DNA of 64,000 nucleotides, from contig NZ_BAABFP010000002.1 of assembly GCF_039541115.1 (NCBI RefSeq), positions 62,001 to 126,000 of the forward strand. The letters are read 5' to 3'. The stretch's first letter is position 1; every line of letters begins with the position of its first letter. The position numbers were made by a program, and so were the translations under genes. The DNA comes from Angustibacter luteus. Lineage in GTDB: Bacteria > Actinomycetota > Actinomycetes > Actinomycetales > Angustibacteraceae. Of this stretch, positions 27,698 through 37,472 are shown in pieces. Under the pieces are notes generated by a model. The model had not been told where the DNA came from and made no database searches. It saw only the letters and a list, made by a program, of their open reading frames with translations.

Positions 27698-29599
27698 TCA
27701 GTCCGTGCGCGCGGTGAGCGCCCGCCGTCGCTCGACCAGCACCTGGGCCTCGCGCAGGGCGGCGTTGTAGCCGATCGCGTCGCCCGCCGCGTCCAGCCGC
27801 TGCATCCGGCTGTGCACGTCCCGCTCGCGGCGCACGAGATCGCGCTGGGCGATCTCGATCTGCAACGACGCCCCGAGCCGGGCCAGCCCCTCGTCGGAGA
27901 CGACGGGGAGCTCGGCCACGGTCAGGTCCGTCACGTAGCTGCGGACGTCGTCCGGAACCGCGGCGGCCACCTGCTCGTGCCAGCCCGCGCCGGCCTGCGC
28001 CAGGCCACCGAGACCGCGCACCGCGACGTGCACGACGCGGTGCATCTCGGCGGTGAAGGCATCCTCCCCCAGGGCATCGAACTCCGTGGTGTCCAGCACC
28101 CAAGGAGCCTGCAGCACGCACTGCAGGAGCTGCCGCTCCATGGCCACCGTCGGGTCGCGCGGGTCGGGGCGAGGGACCACCGGGCGCTCGACCACCTGGT
28201 CGGGGGCCGCGGGCTGCAGCTCGACGCTCGAGCGTCCCCGATCGGGCGCGGACTCCGCGGCGCGCCCGGCGGCGGCGACGGCCCGCCGGGCCTCCTCGAC
28301 GTCGAGCCCGACGTGCCCGGCCAGGCGGCGCGCGTACTCGGGGCGCAGCGACCGGTCCTTGATCTGGGCGACCACCGGGGCAGCGGCGCGCAGTGCCTGG
28401 ACGCGCCCCACCGCCGTGTTCAGGTCGAACCGCGCGATGGTGGTGGCGATCGCGAACTCGAAGAGCGGCACCTTGCTCGCGATGAGCTGGCGGACCGCCT
28501 CGTCACCGTGCTGCTGACGCAGCTCGCAGGGGTCCAGACCGTTCGGCTCGACCGCCACGTAGGTCTGCGAGACGAACCGCTGGTCCTCGCCGAACGCCCG
28601 CAGCGCGGCCTTCTGGCCGGCCGCGTCACCGTCGAACGTGAAGACGACCTCAGCTGGGTACACGTCGTCGTCGTCGCGCATCAGCCGCCGCACCACCTTG
28701 ATGTGGTCGGTACCGAAGGCGGTGCCACAGGTGGCGACGGCGGTCTCGACGCCGGACAGGTGGCAGGCCATCACGTCGGTGTAGCCCTCGACGACGACCG
28801 CCTGGCGCTGCGTCGCGACCGCCTTCTTGGCCAGGTCGAGCCCGTAGAGCACCTGGGACTTCTTGAACAGCGGTGTCTCGGAGGTGTTGAGGTACTTCGC
28901 CTCGATGCGGTCGTCGTCGAACAGCCGCCGCGCACCGAAGCCGACGCAGTCCCCCGTGACGTCGTGGATGGGCCACACGAGCCGGCCACGGAAGCGGTCG
29001 TAGAGACCGCGCGAGCCCCGAGCCGCCAGACCGACGGTGACGATCTCGTCGTCGGTGAACCCCTTGTCGCGCAGGTGCCGGGTCAGCGCCTCGCCCGAGC
29101 GCGGCGCGTAGCCGACGGTGAAGCGGGCCGCGGCCTCACGGTCGAAGCCGCGCTCGGCCAGGAAACGGCGGCCGGGTACGGCCTCGGCGCCGGACGCCAG
29201 CTGCTCGGCGTACCACTGCTCGGCGACCCGGCCGGCCTCGACCAGCCGGGTCCGCCGCCCGACGTCCTCGCGCCGGCGCGGTGCGCCGCCGCCCTCCTCG
29301 TACTCCACCGCGATGCCGGCCCGGTCGGCGAGCCGCTCCACGGCCTCGCTGAACGTGAGGTGGTCCACCTTCTGCACGAAGGACAGGACGTCGCCGCCCT
29401 CGCCGCAGCCGAAGCAGTGCCAGACGCCGAGCTGCGGCCGCACGTTGAACGACGGTGACTTCTCGTCGTGGAACGGGCACAGCCCCTTGAGCGAACCGAC
29501 ACCACCCTGACGCAGGGTGACGTGCTCCCGGACGACGTCCTCGATGGACGTCCGCTCCTTGACGGCCGCGACGACCTCAGCCTTGATCCGACCCGGCAC
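27698..29599 (-). CDS. dnaG: DNA primase
   Basis: CPFHDEKSPSF..CFGC zinc finger, KYLNT, VEGYTDV Toprim, FDGDAAG. Confidence 0.97.
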   Translation of the reverse strand: MPGRIKAEVVAAVKERTSIEDVVREHVTLRQGGVGSLKGLCPFHDEKSPSFNVRPQLGVWHCFGCGEGGDVLSFVQKVDHLTFSEAVERLADRAGIAVEYEEGGGAPRRREDVGRRTRLVEAGRVAEQWYAEQLASGAEAVPGRRFLAERGFDREAAARFTVGYAPRSGEALTRHLRDKGFTDDEIVTVGLAARGSRGLYDRFRGRLVWPIHDVTGDCVGFGARRLFDDDRIEAKYLNTSETPLFKKSQVLYGLDLAKKAVATQRQAVVVEGYTDVMACHLSGVETAVATCGTAFGTDHIKVVRRLMRDDDDVYPAEVVFTFDGDAAGQKAALRAFGEDQRFVSQTYVAVEPNGLDPCELRQQHGDEAVRQLIASKVPLFEFAIATTIARFDLNTAVGRVQALRAAAPVVAQIKDRSLRPEYARRLAGHVGLDVEEARRAVAAAGRAAESAPDRGRSSVELQPAAPDQVVERPVVPRPDPRDPTVAMERQLLQCVLQAPWVLDTTEFDALGEDAFTAEMHRVVHVAVRGLGGLAQAGAGWHEQVAAAVPDDVRSYVTDLTVAELPVVSDEGLARLGASLQIEIAQRDLVRRERDVHSRMQRLDAAGDAIGYNAALREAQVLVERRRALTARTD

Positions 29600-29629
29600 T
29601 CACCCTCCCGACGACGCGCTGCGGCGAGT

Positions 29630-30391
29630 CTAGGTGGCGCGTCGGACAACGAGTGCCTCGACTCCGTCGAGGATGCGCTCGAGGCCGAAGCCGAAGTCCA
29701 GGTCCGGGTCCTGGTCGTCCGACCAGGCGCCCGCCGCGATGGTCGCCGACAGCGCCGGGAAGCGGGCCGGGTCGACGAGCCGGGCCAGCACGACGTCGTC
29801 CGGGGTCCTGGGCTGCCCCTTCGCGATGGCGGCTCGCACCGCGGCGGTGATGTCCGCCCGGATCAGCGTCTCGTGCCGCACAAAGCTGGCGATCAGCCCG
29901 ATCACGCCCACCTTCTCGATCTCGGTGAGCCCGATGCCGTCCAGCTCGGCCAGTCCCTGGTCCACCCAGGTCAACGTGTTCGGCGTGTTGGGTGCCCCGG
30001 TGATCGGCAGCTGGACGATCCACGGGTGCACGGCCAGGCCAGCCATCTGGGCCCACACCCACGCGGCGAGCCGGTTCCGCCAGCCGACGACGTCCGGACC
30101 GATCACCGGTGGCGGGCCGGTCGCGGTGTCCGCCAGCAGCACCAGCAGCTCGTCCTTGCTCGAGACGTACCGGTAGAGCGACATTGTGGTGAAGCCGAGC
30201 TCCTTGGCGAGCCGGCTCATGGACAGCGCGTCCAGGCCCTCGGCGTCCGCGATGGCGATGCCGCGCTCCAGGATGCGGTCCAGGCTCAGCCCGGGCTTGG
30301 GCCCGGGCCGGGGCCGCGTCCCCAGGCCCCACAGGGTCTGCAGGGCGCGTGGCAGCTGCTCGACCGCCTCGATGTGGGCCTCGTCCGGCAT
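29630..30391 (-). CDS. TetR-family regulator
   Basis: GLDALSMSRLAKELGFTTMSLYRYV HTH; FGLERILDG C-terminus. Confidence 0.92.
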   Translation of the reverse strand: MPDEAHIEAVEQLPRALQTLWGLGTRPRPGPKPGLSLDRILERGIAIADAEGLDALSMSRLAKELGFTTMSLYRYVSSKDELLVLLADTATGPPPVIGPDVVGWRNRLAAWVWAQMAGLAVHPWIVQLPITGAPNTPNTLTWVDQGLAELDGIGLTEIEKVGVIGLIASFVRHETLIRADITAAVRAAIAKGQPRTPDDVVLARLVDPARFPALSATIAAGAWSDDQDPDLDFGFGLERILDGVEALVVRRAT

Positions 30392-30437
30392 CCGCAGCGC
30401 GCTCCTCCCGATCGTCCTTGACCGCCAACCCTAGGCG

Positions 30438-30475
30438 TGTGTATAACGTACACAGTTGAGTGTGCGACATACACA
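30438..30475. promoter_or_regulatory. Two putative TetR operators (TGTGTA-n5-TACACA and GTGTG-n5-TACAC)
   Basis: AT-rich palindromes between divergent tetR and ABC exporter. Confidence 0.6.
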
Positions 30476-30509
30476 GATCGTGTCGCAACCGAGGCAGAAG
30501 GGGGCCACC

Positions 30510-31495
<986 letters not shown>

Positions 31496-31499
<4 letters not shown>

Positions 31500-32299
31500 G
31501 CACTGTTCCGTTGCCGCGCAACGAGTCCGTCCGGCTCGAGCAGAACCGCCCGCGCTTCGTGGCCGACTCCGCGCAGATGATCGGGCGCAGCCTGCGGCAC
31601 ACCGTCCGCGGCGTCGAGACGCTCCTCGTCTCGGTGATGCTGCCGGTGATCCTGCTGCTGCTGTTCGTGTACGTGTTCGGCGGCGCCATCGGCGGTGCCG
31701 GCTACGTCGACTACGTGGTGCCCGGGATCATCGTGCTGTGCGCGGGCTTCGGTGCGTCCCAGACCGCGGTGAGCGTGGCCACCGACCTGTCCAGTGGCAT
31801 CATCCGCCGCTTCCGGACCATGGCGATCGTCAGCTCGGCCGTGCTGACCGGGCACGTCGTGGCCAGCGTGGCGCGCAACATCGTGTCGACGCTGCTGGTG
31901 TTCGGGGTCGCGTTCCTCGCCGGCTTCCGGCCGCACGCCGGAGCGGCCGGGTGGCTGGCCGTCGCCGGCGTGCTGCTGCTCTTCGTGGTGGCCATCTCGT
32001 GGCTCTCGGCCGCGCTCGGACTGCTGGCCGGGAACCCGGAGGCCGCGAACGGCGTGACCTTCGCGGTGATGTTCCTGCCCTACCTGAGCAGTGCGTTCGT
32101 GCCGATCGACACCATGCCCGGTGTGCTGCAGGCGATCGCGCGGCACCAGCCGCTGACCCCGGTGGTCGACACGCTGCGCGGGCTGCTCCTCGGCACACCG
32201 GTCGGCAGCAGTGGCTGGCTTGCCGTGGTGTGGCTGGTGGGCATCGGGCTGGGCTCGGCCGTGCTGTCCGCCTGGCTGTTCCGCCGTCGCACCACCTGA
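31496..32299 (+). CDS. ABC-2 exporter permease (DrrB-like)
   Basis: YVDYVVPG, 6 TMs, SSAFVP..MP. Confidence 0.9.
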
Positions 32300-32325
32300 G
32301 GCCTGCTCACCCCGGGCCGCTCTGC

Positions 32326-33288
32326 TCAGCTGCTCTCGGCCCTGCCCTCGCGCCAGTAGCCCATGAACGCGACCCGGCGCCGGTCGATGCCGCACTCCCC
32401 CACGAGGTACCGGCGCAGGTCGCGCACCATCGCGGCCTCTCCGGCCAGCCACGCGTACCAGCCGTCGGCAACCGGCTCCCCCGTCTCCCAGAGGATCTCC
32501 TCGTCCACGTCCACCTCGGGCAGCGCCTCGGCGGCGGCCGGGCTCACGCCCACGTCGGCGGACGCCAAGCCCGTCCGCACGAGCTCGGACAGGGCCTGCC
32601 CACGCGGCCGTTCGCCACGGACGCACCACCGGACGTCGACGCGGGCGGCGGTCGCCAGGTCGAGGACGTCGGCCGCGTCCGGCACCTCGATCAGCGCCTG
32701 GCCACGGACGTCGGCGGGCAGCGTGGCGAGGACGGACCCGATCGCCGGGACCGCCGTCTCGTCGCCCACCATCAGCACCTGGACGCCGGACCCGGTCGGC
32801 GGCGCCCACTCGACGCCGGGCGGCGCACCCCCGGTCGCGGCGGCCGCGTTGGGCCCGAGCAGGACCAGCCGGTCCCCCACCCGGACGTCGGCCGCCCAGC
32901 GGGCCGCCGGGCCTACCGGGCCCTGCCCCGGATGCAGCACGAAGTCGATGTCGATCTGCGGCGGTCGGTCCCCGCGGACCCGGGCCGCCCGGATCGTGTA
33001 CGTCCGCATCGACCCGCGCCGGGCCGGGTCCATGGCCAGCCACTGGCTGTACCAGCCGCCGGAGAGGTCGCCGAAGTCCGGCAAGGCGAAGCCGGGCGAG
33101 GCGAACATCAGCTTGACCCGCAGGTCCCGCGGGCCCAGGTGCCCACCGTCGTCCAGGCCGGCGAGGTCGTCCCCGCCGAACGTCACCCGCAGGAAGTGCG
33201 GCGACAGCCGGGTGAGCGCCACCACCTCGATCTCGAAGGCCAGCAGCGGCGACACAGCAGATGCCTTCTCGCTCGGCTGCGCGCTCAC
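32326..33288 (-). CDS. Siderophore-interacting protein (ViuB family)
   Basis: MRTYTIR, DFVLH, GDETAVPA, AGEA, FMGYWR. Confidence 0.93.
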   Translation of the reverse strand: MSAQPSEKASAVSPLLAFEIEVVALTRLSPHFLRVTFGGDDLAGLDDGGHLGPRDLRVKLMFASPGFALPDFGDLSGGWYSQWLAMDPARRGSMRTYTIRAARVRGDRPPQIDIDFVLHPGQGPVGPAARWAADVRVGDRLVLLGPNAAAATGGAPPGVEWAPPTGSGVQVLMVGDETAVPAIGSVLATLPADVRGQALIEVPDAADVLDLATAARVDVRWCVRGERPRGQALSELVRTGLASADVGVSPAAAEALPEVDVDEEILWETGEPVADGWYAWLAGEAAMVRDLRRYLVGECGIDRRRVAFMGYWREGRAESS

Positions 33289-34130
33289 GCCGACGCCCCG
33301 GAGGCGAGCGACCGGGACGACGCCCCGTGGTTGGCGGTCCGATGACGGCCGACCGGCACGACCAGCGGGGTCCCGGACACGGGGTCGGTCAGCACCCGGC
33401 TCTCCATCCCGAACACCAGGCGCACCAACGCCTCCGTGACGACCTGGGACGGCGGCCCCTCGGCGACCAGCCGTCCCTCCCGCATGGCTACCAGGTGGTC
33501 GGCGTAGCGCGCGGCCAGGTTCAGGTCGTGCAGCACGATGACGACCGTGGTGCCGTGGGTGCGGTTGAGGTCGGTCAGCAGGTCCAGCACCTCCACCTGG
33601 TGCGCGACGTCCAGGAAGGTGGTGGGCTCGTCGAGCAGCAGCAGGTCCGTCTCCTGCGCGAGCGCCATGGCGATCCAGACCCGCTGCCGCTGACCGCCGG
33701 ACAGCTCGTCGACCGGTCGGTCAGCGAGGTCCAGCGTGTCGGTCGCCGTCATGGCGCGGGCCACGGCCTCGTCGTCCTCGTGGGTCCACCGGCGCAACCA
33801 GCCCTGGTGCGGGTACCGACCGCGCCCTACGAGGTCGGTCACACTGATCCCCTCCGGCGCCATGGGTGACTGCGGGAGCAGGCCGAGGGTGCGGGCCACA
33901 TCGCGGGTGGGCAGCTCGTGGATGGACCGCCCGTCGAGCAGCACCGCTCCGGTGGTCGGCTTCGCCAATCGCGCCAGGCCACGCAGCACCGTGGACTTGC
34001 CGCAGGCGTTCGCCCCGACGACGACACTGATCAGGCCCGGCGGCACCGCCAGGTCGAGGTCGTGCACCACCGTGCGGTCGTCGTAGGCCAGGCTCATCCG
34101 CTGCGTGTGCAGCGTGTGCTCGGTCGTCAT
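33285..34130 (-). CDS. Iron-siderophore ABC ATPase (FepC-like)
   Basis: GANACGKST, LSGGQRQRVWIAM, LHDLN. Confidence 0.93.
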   Translation of the reverse strand: MTTEHTLHTQRMSLAYDDRTVVHDLDLAVPPGLISVVVGANACGKSTVLRGLARLAKPTTGAVLLDGRSIHELPTRDVARTLGLLPQSPMAPEGISVTDLVGRGRYPHQGWLRRWTHEDDEAVARAMTATDTLDLADRPVDELSGGQRQRVWIAMALAQETDLLLLDEPTTFLDVAHQVEVLDLLTDLNRTHGTTVVIVLHDLNLAARYADHLVAMREGRLVAEGPPSQVVTEALVRLVFGMESRVLTDPVSGTPLVVPVGRHRTANHGASSRSLASGASA

Positions 34131-34131
34131 C

Positions 34132-35190
34132 TCAGCCTCCCCGGCCGACTCGGTTGGTGGACACCAGCAGGTAGAGCAGGAACGGCGCACCCAGCGCACC
34201 GGTGACCACCCCGACGGGCAGCGCCGTGCCGCGGACCAGGTTGGTCGCGACGAACTCGGCCGTCAGCATGATCAGGGCGCCGACCAGGGCCGACGCGACG
34301 AGCGAGACGTTGCCGCGCAGCAGCCGGCGCGCGATGGGGCCGGCGAGGAACGCGACGAACGCGACCGGCCCCGCGGCGGCGGTCGCGATCCCGGTCAGCA
34401 GCACGGCGACCACCAGGAGCGCCAGCCGGGACCGGTCCACCGGCACCCCGACCGCGCTGGCGACGTCCGGCCCGAGCTCCAGCGCACCGAGCTGGCGCGC
34501 CCACAAGCCCGTCGCGGGCAGCAGCACGAGCAGGCCGAGCAGGAGCAGGACGACCCGCGGCCAGGTGCTGCCGCCGAGCGAGCCGTTGAGCCAGACGAAG
34601 GCGGTCGCCGCGGTGTTCATGTCCGAGCGGCTGAGCAGGTAGGTCGTGACGGCGCCCAACATCGCCGCCACGCCGATCCCCATGAGGATCAGCCGCTGCC
34701 CCGGCGCGGCACCACCGCGGGCCAGCAGGTGGATCAGCAGGGCGATCGCGAGGCCACCGACCAGCGCGGCGAGCGAGACGCTCGAGCCGGCCGCGCCGAG
34801 GACGACGATCGCGAACACCGCGCTCGCGCTGGCCCCGGCACTGATGCCGATGATGTCCGGGCTGGCCAAGGGGTTGCGCAGCATCGTCTGGAAGATCGTG
34901 CCCGAGACGCCGAACGCGATGCCGACGCCGACCGCGGTGACTGCGCGCGGGAGCTTGTCCTCCATCACGATGAACGTCGCCCCCGGGATCTGCGCACCGT
35001 CGAGGATCCGGACGAGGTCGGCGAACGTGACGGTGTAGCTGCCCAGGAGCACGTCGGCGAAGAACAGCCCGACGGCCAGGAGCACCAGTGCTCCGACGAC
35101 GACCCGCCCCCGGCGCTTGGAGCGCGAACGGCTGGACCGCACCACCTCGGCCGGCGACGCCGCCGGGCGGCCGAGCACCTCGGTCACCAT
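34132..35190 (-). CDS. FecCD-family permease (FepG-like)
   Basis: RNPLASPDIIG, FVAFLAG, PVGVVTG. Confidence 0.9.
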   Translation of the reverse strand: MVTEVLGRPAASPAEVVRSSRSRSKRRGRVVVGALVLLAVGLFFADVLLGSYTVTFADLVRILDGAQIPGATFIVMEDKLPRAVTAVGVGIAFGVSGTIFQTMLRNPLASPDIIGISAGASASAVFAIVVLGAAGSSVSLAALVGGLAIALLIHLLARGGAAPGQRLILMGIGVAAMLGAVTTYLLSRSDMNTAATAFVWLNGSLGGSTWPRVVLLLLGLLVLLPATGLWARQLGALELGPDVASAVGVPVDRSRLALLVVAVLLTGIATAAAGPVAFVAFLAGPIARRLLRGNVSLVASALVGALIMLTAEFVATNLVRGTALPVGVVTGALGAPFLLYLLVSTNRVGRGG

Positions 35191-36251
35191 CCCGGCACCC
35201 GATGACGTCGGACCAGCCAGATGAACACGGGCGCACCGATGACGGCGGTCGAGATCCCGGCCGCGACCTCGGCCGGCGGCAGGACGACACGGCCGACGAC
35301 GTCCGCACCGAGCACCAGCACCGGCGCCACCAGCAGGCTGAGCGGCAGCACCCAGCGGTTGTCCGCACCGACCAGGGCACGAACGGCGTGCGGGACGACG
35401 AGCCCGACGAAGGCGATCGGCCCCGCGAGCGCGGTGGCGGCGCCGCACAGGATCACGACGCCGAGCGCCGTCACGGCACGACCGAGCCCCACCCGCTGCC
35501 CCAGACCGCGCGCGACGTCGTCCCCCAGCGCCAGCCCGTTCAGCAGCGGGCCGGTGCCCAGGGTGATGGCGATGCCGACCACGAAGAACGGCGCGGTCGC
35601 CCGGATCGCCTGCCAGTCGTGCAGCCCGACGGACCCCACCTGCCAGAACCGGTAGCTGTCCAGGGTCTGGCGGCTGGTCACCAGCAGCGCGTTGGTCAGC
35701 GAGGCCAGACCCGCCGTCATCGCCGCGCCCGCCAGCGCCAGCTTGACCGGCGTCGCCCCCTCTCGACCCAGGCTCGCGACGCCGTAGACGACGACCGCCG
35801 CCAGCGCCGCGCCGACGAGCGCGAACCACACGTAGGCCGAGATGCCGGACAGCCCGAAGACCGCGAGCGCGACGACCACGGCGAGCGCCGCACCCGCGTT
35901 CACCCCCAGGATGCCCGGGTCGGCCAGCGGGTTGCGGGCAACGGCCTGCATCGCCGCCCCGGCCAGACCGAGCGCGCCGCCGACGAGCAGGCCGGCCACC
36001 GTGCGCGGCAGCCGAGCCCGCACGACCACCTGGTCGCCGTTGGTCGGGTCGAAGTGGAACCACGCGTCGTACAGGGTCTGCGCCGAGACGTGCTTGGCGC
36101 CGATGGCCAGCGAGCAGACCACCAGGACCGCGAGCAGCAGCACGACCGGGACGAGCAGCGCGAACGGCGAGATCCGGCGTCGGCGGCCGAGGGACGGGTC
36201 GTCCCCCGGGCCGGCCGGCGCCGGACTCGTCGTGAGGGTGGAGTGGGCCAC
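35184..36251 (-). CDS. FecCD-family permease (FepD-like)
   Basis: RLPRT, RNPLADPGILG, GPIAFVGLVVPH. Confidence 0.92.
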   Translation of the reverse strand: MAHSTLTTSPAPAGPGDDPSLGRRRRISPFALLVPVVLLLAVLVVCSLAIGAKHVSAQTLYDAWFHFDPTNGDQVVVRARLPRTVAGLLVGGALGLAGAAMQAVARNPLADPGILGVNAGAALAVVVALAVFGLSGISAYVWFALVGAALAAVVVYGVASLGREGATPVKLALAGAAMTAGLASLTNALLVTSRQTLDSYRFWQVGSVGLHDWQAIRATAPFFVVGIAITLGTGPLLNGLALGDDVARGLGQRVGLGRAVTALGVVILCGAATALAGPIAFVGLVVPHAVRALVGADNRWVLPLSLLVAPVLVLGADVVGRVVLPPAEVAAGISTAVIGAPVFIWLVRRHRVPGW

Positions 36252-36254
36252 GCG

Positions 36255-37304
36255 TCAGCTGGCGGTGTCGGCCGCCGCTCCCAGCTGCGGCAGGACCTTG
36301 TCCAGTGCCCAGGGCAGGCTGAGCGGGTTGGACGCCGAGATGGACAGCGTGAGCGTGTTGTCTGAGTCCGCCACCAGCGCGCCGCTCTTGACGGCGGGGA
36401 TCTGGCCGATCAGCGGGTCCTTGGTGATCGCGGCCTTGGTCTTGGCGTCCGGCACCCACGTGACGAACACGTCGGAGGCGAGCTCGCTGGCCCGCTCCGG
36501 CGACCACTCGATGAAGAACTCCTTGCCGCCCTTGGTCTTGTCCTCGATGACCGGCGCGAGCTTCATGCCGATCTCGGTGAGAAACCGCGGCCGGTTGTCG
36601 TTCGGCGTGTAGATGTTGATCCCGGCGCCGCTGTCGGGCTCGAGGTTGCCGTAGATGAAGGTCTTGCCGGCCAGCTGCGGGTAGGCGGCCGCCTTGTCCT
36701 TGATGGTCTGCTCGGTGTCGGCGACGAGCTTCTCCGCCTGGGCCGACTTGCCGAGCGCCTTGCCGATCATCGCGGTGGACTGCTGCCAGGGCGTCCCCCA
36801 GGCGACGTCGGGGTAGGCGACGACCGGCGCGATCTTGCTGAGCTTGTCGTAGTCGGCCTTCGTGAGGCCCGAGTAGGCGGCCAGGATGACGTCGGGCGTG
36901 GTCTTGGCGATCTCGGCAAAGTTGATGCCGTCCGCCTCGGAGTACTGCGCGGGTGCCTTGGCCGTGCCGATCGCGGCGCCGAGCTTGTCTAGCGCGGCGT
37001 CCTTCCACGGCGTGGAGCCCTTGTCGTTGCCGCCCCACTCGTCCTTGGGCATCCCGACCGGGACGACGCCGAGGGCCAGGGCGGTGTCGGCGTTGACCCA
37101 GGCGACGGTGGCGACGCGCTGCGGCTGCTTCGCGATGGTGGTCTCACCGAAGGCGTGCGTGATGGTGACGGGGAAGGCGTCCGCGGCGGCGGGGGCGGTG
37201 GCGGCCTCGTCCGTGGAGCCGGCCGAACCGGTCGAGCAGGCCCCGAGGGCCAGGACGGCGACGGCCGCGGCGGCGATGGCTCCGCGCAGGCGAGTGCTGG
37301 TCAC
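36255..37304 (-). CDS. Iron-siderophore-binding lipoprotein
   Basis: Lipobox LGAC, FPVTITHAFGETTI..QPQRV, LSKIAPVV. Confidence 0.92.
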   Translation of the reverse strand: MTSTRLRGAIAAAAVAVLALGACSTGSAGSTDEAATAPAAADAFPVTITHAFGETTIAKQPQRVATVAWVNADTALALGVVPVGMPKDEWGGNDKGSTPWKDAALDKLGAAIGTAKAPAQYSEADGINFAEIAKTTPDVILAAYSGLTKADYDKLSKIAPVVAYPDVAWGTPWQQSTAMIGKALGKSAQAEKLVADTEQTIKDKAAAYPQLAGKTFIYGNLEPDSGAGINIYTPNDNRPRFLTEIGMKLAPVIEDKTKGGKEFFIEWSPERASELASDVFVTWVPDAKTKAAITKDPLIGQIPAVKSGALVADSDNTLTLSISASNPLSLPWALDKVLPQLGAAADTAS

Positions 37305-37312
37305 GCTTCTCC

Positions 37313-37346
37313 TTAGGTCAGGCTTACTTAGGTCTGCCTAACCTAA
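37313..37346. promoter_or_regulatory. Two overlapping IdeR/DtxR iron boxes
   Basis: TTAGGTCAGGCTTACTTAG (37313-37331) and TTAGGTCTGCCTAACCTAA (37328-37346) vs consensus TTAGGTTAGGCTAACCTAA. Confidence 0.9.
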
Positions 37347-37407
37347 CATCACCCGCCTTCGTCACACCACGCCCTCCCCCACCAGCACCCACGCACCCAC
37401 CCCCTCC

Positions 37408-37472
37408 CCGCAGATGTCCCGCTATCGGGTGCTATCAGACCGGTTTCGCACCGGATAGCGGGACACGTGCGG
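37408..37472. repeat. REPIN-like imperfect inverted repeat
   Basis: 25-bp arms (22/25 complementary), 15-nt spacer. Confidence 0.75.
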
